DNA of 64,000 nt, taken from positions 80,409-144,408 of the forward strand of contig JAOOLD010000002.1 in assembly GCA_028408365.1 (NCBI GenBank), given 5' to 3'. Below the pieces are notes generated by a model. The model was not told the origin of the DNA. It saw only the letters and a list, made by a program, of their open reading frames with translations, and did no database searches. This stretch comes from Bacteroidota bacterium (GTDB lineage: Bacteria > Bacteroidota > Bacteroidia > Flavobacteriales > BACL11). The position numbers were made by a program, and so were the translations under genes. Positions 29,427 through 39,713 of the stretch are shown in pieces (the stretch's first letter is position 1; every line of letters starts with the position of its first letter).

Positions 29427-30686
29427 CTATTTAAACTTTTCATAAAGTTCAGTTTGATGGTTGGTTAGCTTAATAGTCTCTCCTTTAATAAATGCGAGGA
29501 ACAAATTGTTAGACATTATGTCTAATGCATCACCATCAGAGATAAAAAATGTCGCTTCTTTGCCAGCTTCCAAAGAGCCTAACTCATTATCAATTCCTAA
29601 TATTTTTGCAGCATTCAGAGTTAGTGATTTTACTGCGATGTTATAGTCTAGACCATATGCAACAGATGTACCTGCAGTAAAAGGAAGATTTCTCGAACCC
29701 ATTACTTCCATATCTCCCTCATAGCTAAAACAAAATAAAATTTCATTTTCATGCAAAAGTTTTGCTTGAGTATATGGTTCATAAATGGATGAGCCAGCTT
29801 TACTGGGAAGCCGATGTACACGATTTAAAATTACATTTATATTATTATTTTTTATAGTTTTCTTAGCCATCAAAGCCTCTTCACCTCCAACCAAAACTAT
29901 TTTTTTGATTTTTTTCTTTTTAAGTAAATCAATAGCATCAATAATTTCTGTATAGTAGTCAGCGTGTACATAAAGGGTTTTATTACCATCAAAAAGACCT
30001 TTCATACTTTCCATCTTTATATCAATTTTTTCTCCGTTGTTGTTAAAGTATGATGATGCTTTATCTAAATAATGCTCAATTTTTAGAACTTTTTGTTGGT
30101 ATTCTTTATTTCTTTTACTTTCTCCAGGTTCAGCCCACCAACCACTTTTATTATATGATCTTGGCCAGTTCAAATGAATACCATCATCAGACTTGCATAC
30201 TGCATTCTCCCAATTATTTCCGTCAAGATAAAAAACAGATGATTGTCCAGAAAATAGCCCACCAATAGGAGCCACTTGACTGACTAGAATACCATTAGTT
30301 CTAAGAGTTCCTATAATTTTAGAATCAGTGTTGTATGCAATTTTAGTTCTAACGTGAGGGTTAAATGAACCAACTTCTCTGAAGTCATGAGTTGCACGAA
30401 CAGCATCAATCTCAGTAATCCCAAGCCTAGAGTTTGGTAAAATAAATGATGGATATATAAATTTACCATGAAGTCTGATGATTGTATCAAATGCTGTCGG
30501 ATCAATTTTAATTTCGGAACTATTGGCAATAAAATCAATTTTTTCACCCTCAATGCAAATAACAGAGTTTTCTATTTTGTCACCATTTCCCACATAAGCT
30601 GTTCCTCCAATTAAAAGTGTCCTTTTTTGACTTAGTGTAATCAAAGGTAAAAATATAAGTATGGAAAAAAATAAATTTTTATTCAT
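29427..30686 (-). CDS. Secreted amidohydrolase-fold protein (lacks the HxH motif)
   Basis: Signal peptide, IYPSFI..LGITEIDAVRAT, LTLNAAKILG, GSLEAGKEA. Confidence 0.85.
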   Translation of the reverse strand: MNKNLFFSILIFLPLITLSQKRTLLIGGTAYVGNGDKIENSVICIEGEKIDFIANSSEIKIDPTAFDTIIRLHGKFIYPSFILPNSRLGITEIDAVRATHDFREVGSFNPHVRTKIAYNTDSKIIGTLRTNGILVSQVAPIGGLFSGQSSVFYLDGNNWENAVCKSDDGIHLNWPRSYNKSGWWAEPGESKRNKEYQQKVLKIEHYLDKASSYFNNNGEKIDIKMESMKGLFDGNKTLYVHADYYTEIIDAIDLLKKKKIKKIVLVGGEEALMAKKTIKNNNINVILNRVHRLPSKAGSSIYEPYTQAKLLHENEILFCFSYEGDMEVMGSRNLPFTAGTSVAYGLDYNIAVKSLTLNAAKILGIDNELGSLEAGKEATFFISDGDALDIMSNNLFLAFIKGETIKLTNHQTELYEKFK

Positions 30687-33678
30687 AATAGTTTATTGCT
30701 CTATGCTTACAACAATGATATAGATCCTCTTTTTCAAATTTAATTTTTTGTTTTTCTCCTCTTGAAGTAGCCATTTTGGAAATTATTCTTGCTTTTTCTT
30801 TTTGGTCTCTGCTCATTAATTTCTCATTATAATTATGATCAAATAAAAGTCTTCCATCTACAAATGTGCTCTCAACCTTTGCATAAATTGATAATGGCTC
30901 ATCGGACCATATAACTATATCTGCATCTTTTCCAACTTTTAGACTCCCCATTTTTTTATCAAGTTGCAAAAGTTTTGCTGGATTAAGAGTTATCATCTTC
31001 CAAGCGTCTTCTTTACTTACACCGCCATATTTGATAGCTTTAGCAGCTTCATGATTTAATCTTCTTCCCATTTCTGCATCATCAGAATTTATTGCTGTGA
31101 TAACTCCGGCACTGTTTAATAGTGCAGCATTGTGAGGAATAGCATCATTAACTTCAAACTTGTATGCCCACCAATCAGAAAAAGTTGACCCTCCTGCGCC
31201 ATGTTTTTTCATTTTATCGGCTACTTTGTAGCCTTCTAATATATGAGTAAAAGTATTAACAGTAAAGCCCATTGAATCTCCAACATGCATCAGCATGTTA
31301 ATTTCAGATTGCACATATGAATGACATGTTATAAATCTTTTCTTATCTAATATTTCAGATAGAATATTTAGTTCTAGATCTTCTCTTGGAGGAGTGGTAT
31401 TCCTTTTTTTTCTCAATGAAAGTTTGTTGTACTCTTCCCACTCCTTTTTATAGTTTTTAGCTCTAAAAAATGCGTCATAGAAAACTTGTTCAACACCCAT
31501 TCTAGTTTGAGGAAATCTAAATTTATTAAATGCTCCCCAATTACTTTGCTTCACGTTTTCTCCCAAAGCAAATTTTATAAAACCCACATCTGATTTTATC
31601 TTCATCTCTTCAGCTAAGCTTCCCCATTTCATTTTAACAAGTGCAGACTGACCACCTATAGGATTTGCTGACCCGTGTAACAACTGTGCTGCTGTTACCC
31701 CACCTGCTAATTGTCTATATATATTAACATCATTTGAATTTATCACATCTCCGATACTAACCTCTGCTGTCACAGCTTGGCTACTTTCGTTTACACCTCT
31801 CGAGATAGCAATATGTGAGTGTTCATCAATAATTCCAGATGTTATATGCTTTTCTGTAGCATCAATTATTTGAACGGAAGTAGTGTCGCTAAAAACATCT
31901 GAAAGAATAATGTTTTTACCAACAAAAACAATTTTACCATTGCTGAATGCAATATCTGCGCGATTTAAAACACCTGATTTTTCGTTTGTCCAAATTGTCC
32001 CATTTGTTAAAACTACATCATTCTTTTTTGGAAGTTTTTCAAAGCCGTAAGATACATTTGGTTTTAGTTGTTTGGGAGGAACGGTATCTATATTTGAATT
32101 ATTTGTCTTTTTACTTTTGATAACTATAGATGAGTCTTTAGTGAGCACAAAATCTATTGTTGTTCCTTCTTTTGTCTGAGCTCTTCCTTCGCCTAAGCCA
32201 TTATAAATCTTACATACAGCTCTGAACGAAATTTGCTTACTAAAAAAAGTAAGTTTGTTGTATTTAAGATGAGAGCTCATCCATGAAGAGTCAAGTGATG
32301 GTATCTTAATTTTCGGCTTGTCAATGTCACCATTAATTTCAACAAACAAATCCTTAAGGCTTGTTGAATTAAATGTGTAGTATCCTCTTATATCTTCATT
32401 GTTCTTTTCTTTTATCACATTTCTTTCTCCATCAACCCAATTTTCATAAATATCTCCTTCAATAAAAATATCATCAGAACAGATAATAAAGTTGGCTTTT
32501 TTACCTGCTTCAATGGATCCAATTAAGTGGTACTTATTAATTAATTTTGCTGGAGTTTCAGTTAATGCTTTAAGTGCATCTTCTCTCTTCAAGCCATGAT
32601 TTACAGCAATACGAAGATTTTTTAAAAAATCTTTCTTGTTTTTTAAGTCCGATGATGTAATCGCAAATGGAATTTTATTTTTTGCTATTATATTTAAATT
32701 ATATGGAGCTAGCTCCCATTCTTTAAGCTTTTTCAAGCTCAACCAGTCAGTATAAACAGGATTTGAAATATCATATGCATTTGGAAAGTTAAGTGGAATA
32801 ACTAATGGAAAATTAAATTTTTTTAATTGGTCACTGACAGCAAATTCCTTACCATTTCCTTTAACAATAAAATCTATTTCAAATTCATCAGCAATTGAAA
32901 AAAGTCTATAATAATCTGTCTCATCATTTAGAATAAAAATCTTAGGCAAAAATTTATTTTGATTATAACTCTCTAGAGAAAGATTTAATTCTTTTTTGTT
33001 TGTTTGTTCGTACCATTGAGCATCCAGTAAAGTTTGTTTAAACAATGCAATGCTTCCCATAAGAGAAGTGGGATACCTTTGACGAGAAACTCCTTTTGAA
33101 AAAGAGTAGAATGTAGCTGCTTTATCTTCAATTATTGTTTGGTTTTGTCTTTTGTCAGAAATAATTATTAAAGTCCCGTTTCCTCTAAAAATACCATCAT
33201 TTTGATGAGAAAGGACCATTCCAAATCCATTGTTTATATATTTTGTAGCATCATCTCCGTCGTATTTATATATGCTTGACGCATTTACTTCTGGCTTTAT
33301 ACTTTGATTCCAATGATATGGACCAGTTTTTTTACTTTCGTATTGAGGGGTATAACTAAATTCAGTTTTTGTTGGAGCTTCAATGCCAAAATCTGAAATT
33401 AGTTCAATAAAAGAGGGATAAATAAAATCTCCATTTAAATCTTTAATGATAGCATTTTTTGGTATTGTGATACTATCTCCAACACTCAATATTTTATCAT
33501 CTTGAACTAGCATCATTCCATGCTCAATAACTTTAGATGAACTTTGGTGGATTTTTGCATTAACAAATGCTATTGGAGATTTATAATTATTTTCAACTCC
33601 ATTTGTTGGAAAAGTTTCTTGACATAAGCAAATTGATGTGCTTAATATAAAAATAAGAAGTGAAGAGATTTTTTTCAT
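30679..33678 (-). CDS. Secreted two-domain amidohydrolase
   Basis: Signal peptide and two amidohydrolase folds. The C-terminal fold has IIDEHSH, KFALGEN, CHSY, FTH, INSD. Confidence 0.88.
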   Translation of the reverse strand: MKKISSLLIFILSTSICLCQETFPTNGVENNYKSPIAFVNAKIHQSSSKVIEHGMMLVQDDKILSVGDSITIPKNAIIKDLNGDFIYPSFIELISDFGIEAPTKTEFSYTPQYESKKTGPYHWNQSIKPEVNASSIYKYDGDDATKYINNGFGMVLSHQNDGIFRGNGTLIIISDKRQNQTIIEDKAATFYSFSKGVSRQRYPTSLMGSIALFKQTLLDAQWYEQTNKKELNLSLESYNQNKFLPKIFILNDETDYYRLFSIADEFEIDFIVKGNGKEFAVSDQLKKFNFPLVIPLNFPNAYDISNPVYTDWLSLKKLKEWELAPYNLNIIAKNKIPFAITSSDLKNKKDFLKNLRIAVNHGLKREDALKALTETPAKLINKYHLIGSIEAGKKANFIICSDDIFIEGDIYENWVDGERNVIKEKNNEDIRGYYTFNSTSLKDLFVEINGDIDKPKIKIPSLDSSWMSSHLKYNKLTFFSKQISFRAVCKIYNGLGEGRAQTKEGTTIDFVLTKDSSIVIKSKKTNNSNIDTVPPKQLKPNVSYGFEKLPKKNDVVLTNGTIWTNEKSGVLNRADIAFSNGKIVFVGKNIILSDVFSDTTSVQIIDATEKHITSGIIDEHSHIAISRGVNESSQAVTAEVSIGDVINSNDVNIYRQLAGGVTAAQLLHGSANPIGGQSALVKMKWGSLAEEMKIKSDVGFIKFALGENVKQSNWGAFNKFRFPQTRMGVEQVFYDAFFRAKNYKKEWEEYNKLSLRKKRNTTPPREDLELNILSEILDKKRFITCHSYVQSEINMLMHVGDSMGFTVNTFTHILEGYKVADKMKKHGAGGSTFSDWWAYKFEVNDAIPHNAALLNSAGVITAINSDDAEMGRRLNHEAAKAIKYGGVSKEDAWKMITLNPAKLLQLDKKMGSLKVGKDADIVIWSDEPLSIYAKVESTFVDGRLLFDHNYNEKLMSRDQKEKARIISKMATSRGEKQKIKFEKEDLYHCCKHRAINYYE

Positions 33679-33748
33679 AAATAAACAGTTGTGAAATTAC
33701 CAAATTTTTATTGTTTTTTATTTGTTTCTTTGCACTATAAAAAATAAT

Positions 33749-34114
33749 ATGAAAACACATCAAGCTAACTTACTAAACAGTATTACTTTAATAATTATGC
33801 CAATTTGGGCATTTCTAGCTTTTGAAGCAACAATAGATAAGCCTAGTCAATCACTTACTGCATTTATCCCACTAATTTTTGGTGTGATTTTGCTTTTGTG
33901 CAATGGAGGATTAAAAAAAGAAAATAAGACAATTGCTCACATCGCTGTCTTAATTACTTTGATAGCATTACTAGGTCTTTCTATGCCTTTAAAAGCAGCA
34001 ATTGCTGATGATAGAGGTGTATCTGTTATCAGAATATTATTAATGATTATTACAGGCATAATAGCTATGATTACATTTGTAAAAAGCTTTATACAGGCAA
34101 GAAAAAATAAGTAA
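33749..34114 (+). CDS. Small four-TM membrane protein
   Basis: Hydrophobic ORF (TAFIPLIFG, KENKTIAHIAV). ATG at 33749 follows an A-rich initiation region. Confidence 0.75.
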   Translation: MKTHQANLLNSITLIIMPIWAFLAFEATIDKPSQSLTAFIPLIFGVILLLCNGGLKKENKTIAHIAVLITLIALLGLSMPLKAAIADDRGVSVIRILLMIITGIIAMITFVKSFIQARKNK

Positions 34115-34120
34115 TTAAAA

Positions 34121-35287
34121 ATGACAGAGAATGCAGTTATTATTGGACTAGTCTTATCCAATGATGATACTGATACTGTAGACCAAAATCTGTCAGAACT
34201 TGAGTTTCTAGCAAAGACTTGTGGCGCAAATGTTGTTAAGCAATTTACTCAAAAACTTCATTCACCTAACCCAAGCACTTTTTTAGGCAAGGGAAAACTT
34301 AAGATTATCTTAGATTATGTTAATTCAAATGAGATCGATTTATTAATATTCGATGACGATTTATCAGCCACTCAGCTGAGAAATATTGAAAATTATTTTA
34401 AAATTAAAATTTTAGATCGGAGCAATTTAATTCTTGACATTTTTGCAAAGAGAGCACAAACAGCTACCGCAAAAACACAAGTAGAACTTGCTCAATATGA
34501 GTATTTATTACCCAGGCTTACTAGAATGTGGACACATTTAGAGCGTCAGAAAGGAGGTATTGGAATGAGAGGACCAGGAGAAACTCAAATTGAAACAGAC
34601 AGAAGAATTATAAAAGATAAAATTTCTTTGCTAAAAAAAAGATTGATTAAAATTGATAAACAAAAAAATACACAGAGGAAGAGAAGAGCTAGATTAGTCA
34701 GAGTATCATTAGTTGGTTACACAAATGCTGGTAAATCAACAATAATGAATAAGTTAAGCAAGTCAGATGTTCTTGCTGAGAACATGCTATTTGCTACTCT
34801 AGATACAACAGTTAGAAAGGTTGTTGTAAAAAACCTGCCATTTTTACTTTCAGATACTGTAGGCTTTATTAGAAAACTACCTCATCAACTCATCGAATCA
34901 TTTAAGTCAACATTAGATGAGGTGAAAGAATCAGACTTTCTAATACATGTTGTGGATATTTCTAATAAAAATTTTGAGGAGCATATGAACACTGTTAATC
35001 AAACCTTGGATGAACTTGGAGTAGTAGAAAAGCCTATAATGTTAATATATAACAAAGTTGATCAATACAGTTTTATTGAAAAAGATATTGATGATTTGAC
35101 ACCTCTAACAAAAGACAATTTATCAATTGACGATTTAAGACAAACATGGATAAGTAAGCTAAACAAAAATGTTTTTTTTATCTCAGCTCTAAACAAAAAT
35201 GACATCACAGAGCTCAGAAACTTTTTATATTCTTACATAAAGAGTATACATGCAAAGCGTTGGCCTTATGATAATTTACTTTACTGA
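34121..35287 (+). CDS. hflX: GTPase HflX
   Basis: GPGETQIETDRR, GYTNAGKST, FATLD, DTVGF, NKVD. Confidence 0.97.
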   Translation: MTENAVIIGLVLSNDDTDTVDQNLSELEFLAKTCGANVVKQFTQKLHSPNPSTFLGKGKLKIILDYVNSNEIDLLIFDDDLSATQLRNIENYFKIKILDRSNLILDIFAKRAQTATAKTQVELAQYEYLLPRLTRMWTHLERQKGGIGMRGPGETQIETDRRIIKDKISLLKKRLIKIDKQKNTQRKRRARLVRVSLVGYTNAGKSTIMNKLSKSDVLAENMLFATLDTTVRKVVVKNLPFLLSDTVGFIRKLPHQLIESFKSTLDEVKESDFLIHVVDISNKNFEEHMNTVNQTLDELGVVEKPIMLIYNKVDQYSFIEKDIDDLTPLTKDNLSIDDLRQTWISKLNKNVFFISALNKNDITELRNFLYSYIKSIHAKRWPYDNLLY

Positions 35288-37101
35288 TGTTTAGTAAACT
35301 TTTCAAATAAGTTACTATAAATTTCACTGTTTTTCAAAAGTTTATTATGAGTACCTGAATCAATTATTCTTCCTTTGTCGAGAATCAAAATTTTATCACA
35401 ATTTTGGATTGTATTTAAATTATGGGTTATTATTAAGCACGTTCTATCTTTCATAATATTTTGAATAGCCATGTTAACGTATTCTGCGGAATCAGCATCA
35501 AGGGATGAAGTTGCTTCGTCAAGTATTAAAAATTCAGGATTTTGAATCAAATTTCTAGCTATACATATTCTTTGCTTTTCTCCTTGAGACAAATTGTTTC
35601 CTTTATCACCCACATTAAAATTAAATTTTTTAGGTAGTTTTTCAATGAAATTATATGAGTAAGAATCCTTTGCAGCTTTAATTATATCACTATTTTTTGC
35701 ATTTAGATTACCAAGAAAAATATTGTTAAATATTGTGTCGTTGAACAAGAATGGGACTTGATCTACACTTCCAAAAAATTCCCTAATGGAACTGATGTCA
35801 TATTTACTTAATTTTTCATTATTAATGTAAATTTCCCCACTATCAAAATTATATAATCTGTTAATTAAGTCGCAAATAGTTGTTTTGCCTGAACCTGAGT
35901 GTCCAACTATAGCAATATTTTCACCTTTATTAATTCTGAAAGAAGTACCGCTTAAAACCTTATTGTTATCATGGCTGAAATGAACATCCTTAAACTCCAA
36001 ATAATCAAAATTTTTAATTTTCTTCTTCGAGTTTTTGATGTTATCTTCATCTTTTAAATTGATGATTTCAAATACTCTTTTTGAAGCCGCATTACCTTTT
36101 TTTATGCTGTAAAATGAAGATGTGAGAGATTTTGCTGGAGGAATTAGTTGAGAAAAAATCAGAACAAAGCCAATAAATTCTTGAGCTAGAATTTCAGATT
36201 TAGTGTTTAAAACCATAGTTCCGCCAATAAGCAAAACAATTACCAATACAATAGTACTTAAGAACTCACTCATTGGAGAGGATAAGTCTTTTTTTCTCAG
36301 TAAAGAGTTCATAAGCTGACTATATTTTTTACTTTCAATTGAAAAAATCGAATGTATATGTTTACTTATGTTTAATGATTTAATGGTTCTAATTCCTGAC
36401 AAGGTTTCGTCCACCTTACTCATAATTTTACCCATTTGACTTTGAACTTTGTCTGAATCTTTTTGCAATTGTTTGCCAATGTATCCAATTATAAATCCTA
36501 CAATTGGAAACATTATTATTACAAGCAATGTTAATTTAAAACTTAATGTTAATAACGCAATTAAAAAAATAATGATTGTGATGGGGTCTTTAAATAACAT
36601 TTCCAAAGTGCTCATGATTGACCATTCTATTTCAATTAAATCATTAGAAATTCTTGAAAGAAGATCTCCCTTTTTTCTTTTTTCAATCGATTTTATGGGA
36701 ATTGAAAGTAATTTTTTATTAATTACAACCCGAATATCATTTATAACTCCATTTCTTATTGGAACCATAAAATATAGTGCTAAATATCTAAAAAGGTTAC
36801 GAAACAAAAAGCTTATTAAAATTAATGAGCAAATTAAAATTAGTGCTTTAGCACTTCCACTGGATTCAATGGTATGACTTATTTGATAATAAAAAAGGTT
36901 TTTGACGCTTTCAATGCTATTTATAATTTCAGGCGGGTTAACTACTCTTTCTTGTGTCCCAAATAAAACACCTAAAAATGGTATAATCATTGTTAATGAT
37001 ACCAAAGAGAAGATTGATGATAGTGCATTAAAAAACACATTCAACATACAATAAGCTTTGTAAACTTTTAGATAGCTTAGAAATTTCAATAAACTTTTCA
37101 C
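35281..37101 (-). CDS. ABC transporter permease/ATPase fusion, MsbA-like
   Basis: N-terminal TMD, GHSGSGKT, LSQGEKQR, ILDEATSSLD. Confidence 0.9.
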   Translation of the reverse strand: MKSLLKFLSYLKVYKAYCMLNVFFNALSSIFSLVSLTMIIPFLGVLFGTQERVVNPPEIINSIESVKNLFYYQISHTIESSGSAKALILICSLILISFLFRNLFRYLALYFMVPIRNGVINDIRVVINKKLLSIPIKSIEKRKKGDLLSRISNDLIEIEWSIMSTLEMLFKDPITIIIFLIALLTLSFKLTLLVIIMFPIVGFIIGYIGKQLQKDSDKVQSQMGKIMSKVDETLSGIRTIKSLNISKHIHSIFSIESKKYSQLMNSLLRKKDLSSPMSEFLSTIVLVIVLLIGGTMVLNTKSEILAQEFIGFVLIFSQLIPPAKSLTSSFYSIKKGNAASKRVFEIINLKDEDNIKNSKKKIKNFDYLEFKDVHFSHDNNKVLSGTSFRINKGENIAIVGHSGSGKTTICDLINRLYNFDSGEIYINNEKLSKYDISSIREFFGSVDQVPFLFNDTIFNNIFLGNLNAKNSDIIKAAKDSYSYNFIEKLPKKFNFNVGDKGNNLSQGEKQRICIARNLIQNPEFLILDEATSSLDADSAEYVNMAIQNIMKDRTCLIITHNLNTIQNCDKILILDKGRIIDSGTHNKLLKNSEIYSNLFEKFTKHQ

Positions 37102-37105
37102 TCTA

Positions 37106-37113
37106 CAAAGATA
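37106..37113 (-). promoter_or_regulatory. -7 box TATCTTTG, 4 nt before the GTG of the ABC transporter
   Basis: TATCTTTG-taga-GTG on the minus strand. Confidence 0.65.
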
Positions 37114-37156
37114 ATTAATGGTAGGAATAACGTAAACAAATTATTATTATTGCAAA

Positions 37157-37498
37157 ATGCAATCAAACAACAGAGTGAGTAAAGTATCCAGATTAATCCA
37201 AAAGGAATTATCAAATGTTTTTAACATTGATTTAATTAATCAATTTTCTGGAATCATAATTAGTGTAACAACTGTAAGAATCACACCAGACTTCTCTGAA
37301 GCAAGAGTTTTTTTAAGTGTTTTTCCATTGGAGAAACCCAATGAGTTTATTAAACGAATAAATGATAATAAACAATTTATAAGAGGTAAATTAGGAAGTA
37401 GAATTAAAAATCAATTTAGAAAAGTTCCAAAATTGATATTCTTTTTGGATGATTCAGCTGAATTTTCAGATGAAATAGAAGAGCTCATCAAAAAATAA
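37157..37498 (+). CDS. rbfA: Ribosome-binding factor A
   Basis: RVSKVSRLIQKEL, SVTTVRITPD, RKVPKLIFFLDDS. Confidence 0.95.
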   Translation: MQSNNRVSKVSRLIQKELSNVFNIDLINQFSGIIISVTTVRITPDFSEARVFLSVFPLEKPNEFIKRINDNKQFIRGKLGSRIKNQFRKVPKLIFFLDDSAEFSDEIEELIKK

Positions 37499-37499
37499 A

Positions 37500-38711
37500 A
37501 TGAAACAAGCTTTTTATTTATCAAAATTTTTTTTTAGCTCCAAAAATAAAAGTTCAAGTTCTTATTTTATTTCTAAAGTTTCAAGCATTTCAATAGCAGC
37601 TAGTTCATTTTCGTTAATTGTAATAATGTCAATTTTTACTGGCTTTGAAAATTTACTTTCTCAAATGTATAGTGATTTTGACCCGGATATTAAAGTAACA
37701 TCTAAAAATCAAACCTTTTTCTCAAAAAGTGATTTTAATTTCGGAGAGCTTGATTCAAGTCAAATTGATTATGCACTAACAATAGAGAACAAAATCTTAG
37801 CTAAATATGAGGATAAACAGTTTCTTGCTAATCTAAAAGGAGTTTCAAAAAACTATGAGAATGTAACCAAAATAAATGGTTTTGTAAAAGAAATTTTTTC
37901 CGAAAAAAACAATTCATATAATAATGTTTATTTAGGATTAGGATTAGCAAATAATATTGGAATACAAAATGAAAGCTTTAATAAAACTTTAAGTTTTTTT
38001 TATCCAAATTTTAAAACAAATACAGCTTTTGGAGTTAAACCATACAATACTGATAAAGCTATTGTTAATAAAATATTTTCATTTGCATCAGATGTTGACA
38101 ATGAGTTTGTTATTTCTGAAATTGAATTTGCACAGAACTTATTTTCAAACAATGGATTAATTTCTGCAATAGAAATAAACTTAAAAAACAAGAAAGATTT
38201 AAATACAGTCATAAAATATTTGAATAAGAAAAATGAAAATTCTTTTTTTGTTAAAGATAAGTTTCAGCAAAGAGATTTTTTGTTTAAAATTCTTAACTCA
38301 GAAAAGCTAGCTGTTTTTTTTATTTTAGTGTTGATTATTTTACTTTCGAGTTTTACTCACATTGGTTTTTTAAATATGTTTTTTATAGAAAAAAAATCAG
38401 AACTTCTTACATTAAATAAAATTGGCTTTTCTAATAAGTTAATTCAATATGTACTTTTTTTTGTTAGCATTAAAAAATTTCTAAGAGGACTCATAATTGG
38501 TGTTGGTTTGGCCCATTTATTTATCTTCTTACAATTGAAATTTTCATTAATTAAAATGAAAGATAATTTAGTAGTAGATTCTTATCCAGTCAGTTACGAG
38601 CCGTTAATGGTATTGCAATTAATTGTTGTACTTATTTTAATCTCTATTTTATACTCTTGGTTACCAAGCAAAACTCTATCATCAAATTTTTTAAGAAAAG
38701 CTGAATTCTGA
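37500..38711 (+). CDS. LolC/E- or FtsX-like ABC permease
   Basis: SIFTGFE..FDPDIKV periplasmic domain, EKLAVF, three C-terminal TMs, YPV. Confidence 0.8.
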   Translation: MKQAFYLSKFFFSSKNKSSSSYFISKVSSISIAASSFSLIVIMSIFTGFENLLSQMYSDFDPDIKVTSKNQTFFSKSDFNFGELDSSQIDYALTIENKILAKYEDKQFLANLKGVSKNYENVTKINGFVKEIFSEKNNSYNNVYLGLGLANNIGIQNESFNKTLSFFYPNFKTNTAFGVKPYNTDKAIVNKIFSFASDVDNEFVISEIEFAQNLFSNNGLISAIEINLKNKKDLNTVIKYLNKKNENSFFVKDKFQQRDFLFKILNSEKLAVFFILVLIILLSSFTHIGFLNMFFIEKKSELLTLNKIGFSNKLIQYVLFFVSIKKFLRGLIIGVGLAHLFIFLQLKFSLIKMKDNLVVDSYPVSYEPLMVLQLIVVLILISILYSWLPSKTLSSNFLRKAEF

Positions 38712-39686
38712 GAATTTATCTTTTATGCTTTCTAATATTTCTATTATTTCACTTGCATTCTCAGATGAAACTAATTTAATTCTATGATCTTTAAAATGAG
38801 GTATGCCTCTGAAATAGTTTGTGTAGTGCCTTCTTGTTTCGAAAATTCCGAGTCTTTCGCCCTTCCATGCAATTGAATGTTTCAAATGTCTTTTACATAC
38901 CCTTACTCTATCTTCAATAGTTGGCTTAGAAATGGTTTCTTTGTTTTTTAAATAGCTTTTGATTTCATTAAAAATCCATGGATATCCAATTGCTGCTCTT
39001 CCAATCATTACTCCATCAATCCCATATTTTTTTTTCATCTCAAGGGCTTTTTCGCCAGAATTTATATCACCGTTACCAAATACAGGAATATGCATGCGTG
39101 GGTTTTTTTTTACCTCACCAATTAATGTCCAATCGGCTTCACCTTTATACATCTGTTTTCTAGTTCTTCCGTGTATAGATATTGCTTTAATTCCAACATC
39201 TTGTAATCTTTCAGCTACTTCAACAATATATTTACTATTTTCATCCCAGCCTAATCGGGTTTTTACAGTTACTGGCAATGAGGTTGATTTAACAATTTCT
39301 TTTGTCATTTTAACCATTTTTGGAATGTCTTGTAAAATACCTGCTCCAGCTCCTTTACACGCAACTTTTTTCACTGGGCATCCGTAATTTATATCAATTA
39401 TATCAGGATTAGCTTGTTCACAGATTGCAGTGGCTAATTTCATAGATTCTATGTTTCCCCCAAAAATTTGGATTCCAATTGGTCTTTCTTCGTCATATAT
39501 ATCCAGCTTCATAGTGCTTTTTTCTGCGTCCCTAATCAATCCCTCTGAGGAAATAAATTCAGTGTACATAATGTCAGCACCATTTTCTTTACAAATTGCT
39601 CTGAACGGAGGGTCACTAACATCCTCCATTGGAGCTAACATTAAAGGGAAGCTGCCTAAATTAATATTTTCTATTTTTACACTCAC
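38691..39686 (-). CDS. dusB: tRNA-dihydrouridine synthase B
   Basis: LAPMEDV, DINYGCP, VKTRLGW, IHGRT, GNGDI, MIGRAAIGYPW. Confidence 0.95.
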   Translation of the reverse strand: MSVKIENINLGSFPLMLAPMEDVSDPPFRAICKENGADIMYTEFISSEGLIRDAEKSTMKLDIYDEERPIGIQIFGGNIESMKLATAICEQANPDIIDINYGCPVKKVACKGAGAGILQDIPKMVKMTKEIVKSTSLPVTVKTRLGWDENSKYIVEVAERLQDVGIKAISIHGRTRKQMYKGEADWTLIGEVKKNPRMHIPVFGNGDINSGEKALEMKKKYGIDGVMIGRAAIGYPWIFNEIKSYLKNKETISKPTIEDRVRVCKRHLKHSIAWKGERLGIFETRRHYTNYFRGIPHFKDHRIKLVSSENASEIIEILESIKDKFSEFSFS

Positions 39687-39690
39687 CTTG

Positions 39691-39698
39691 CAAAATTA
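39691..39698 (-). promoter_or_regulatory. -7 box TAATTTTG, 4 nt before the dusB GTG
   Basis: TAATTTTG-caag-GTG on the minus strand. Confidence 0.65.
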
Positions 39699-39713
39699 AT
39701 TTAAATAGAATAA

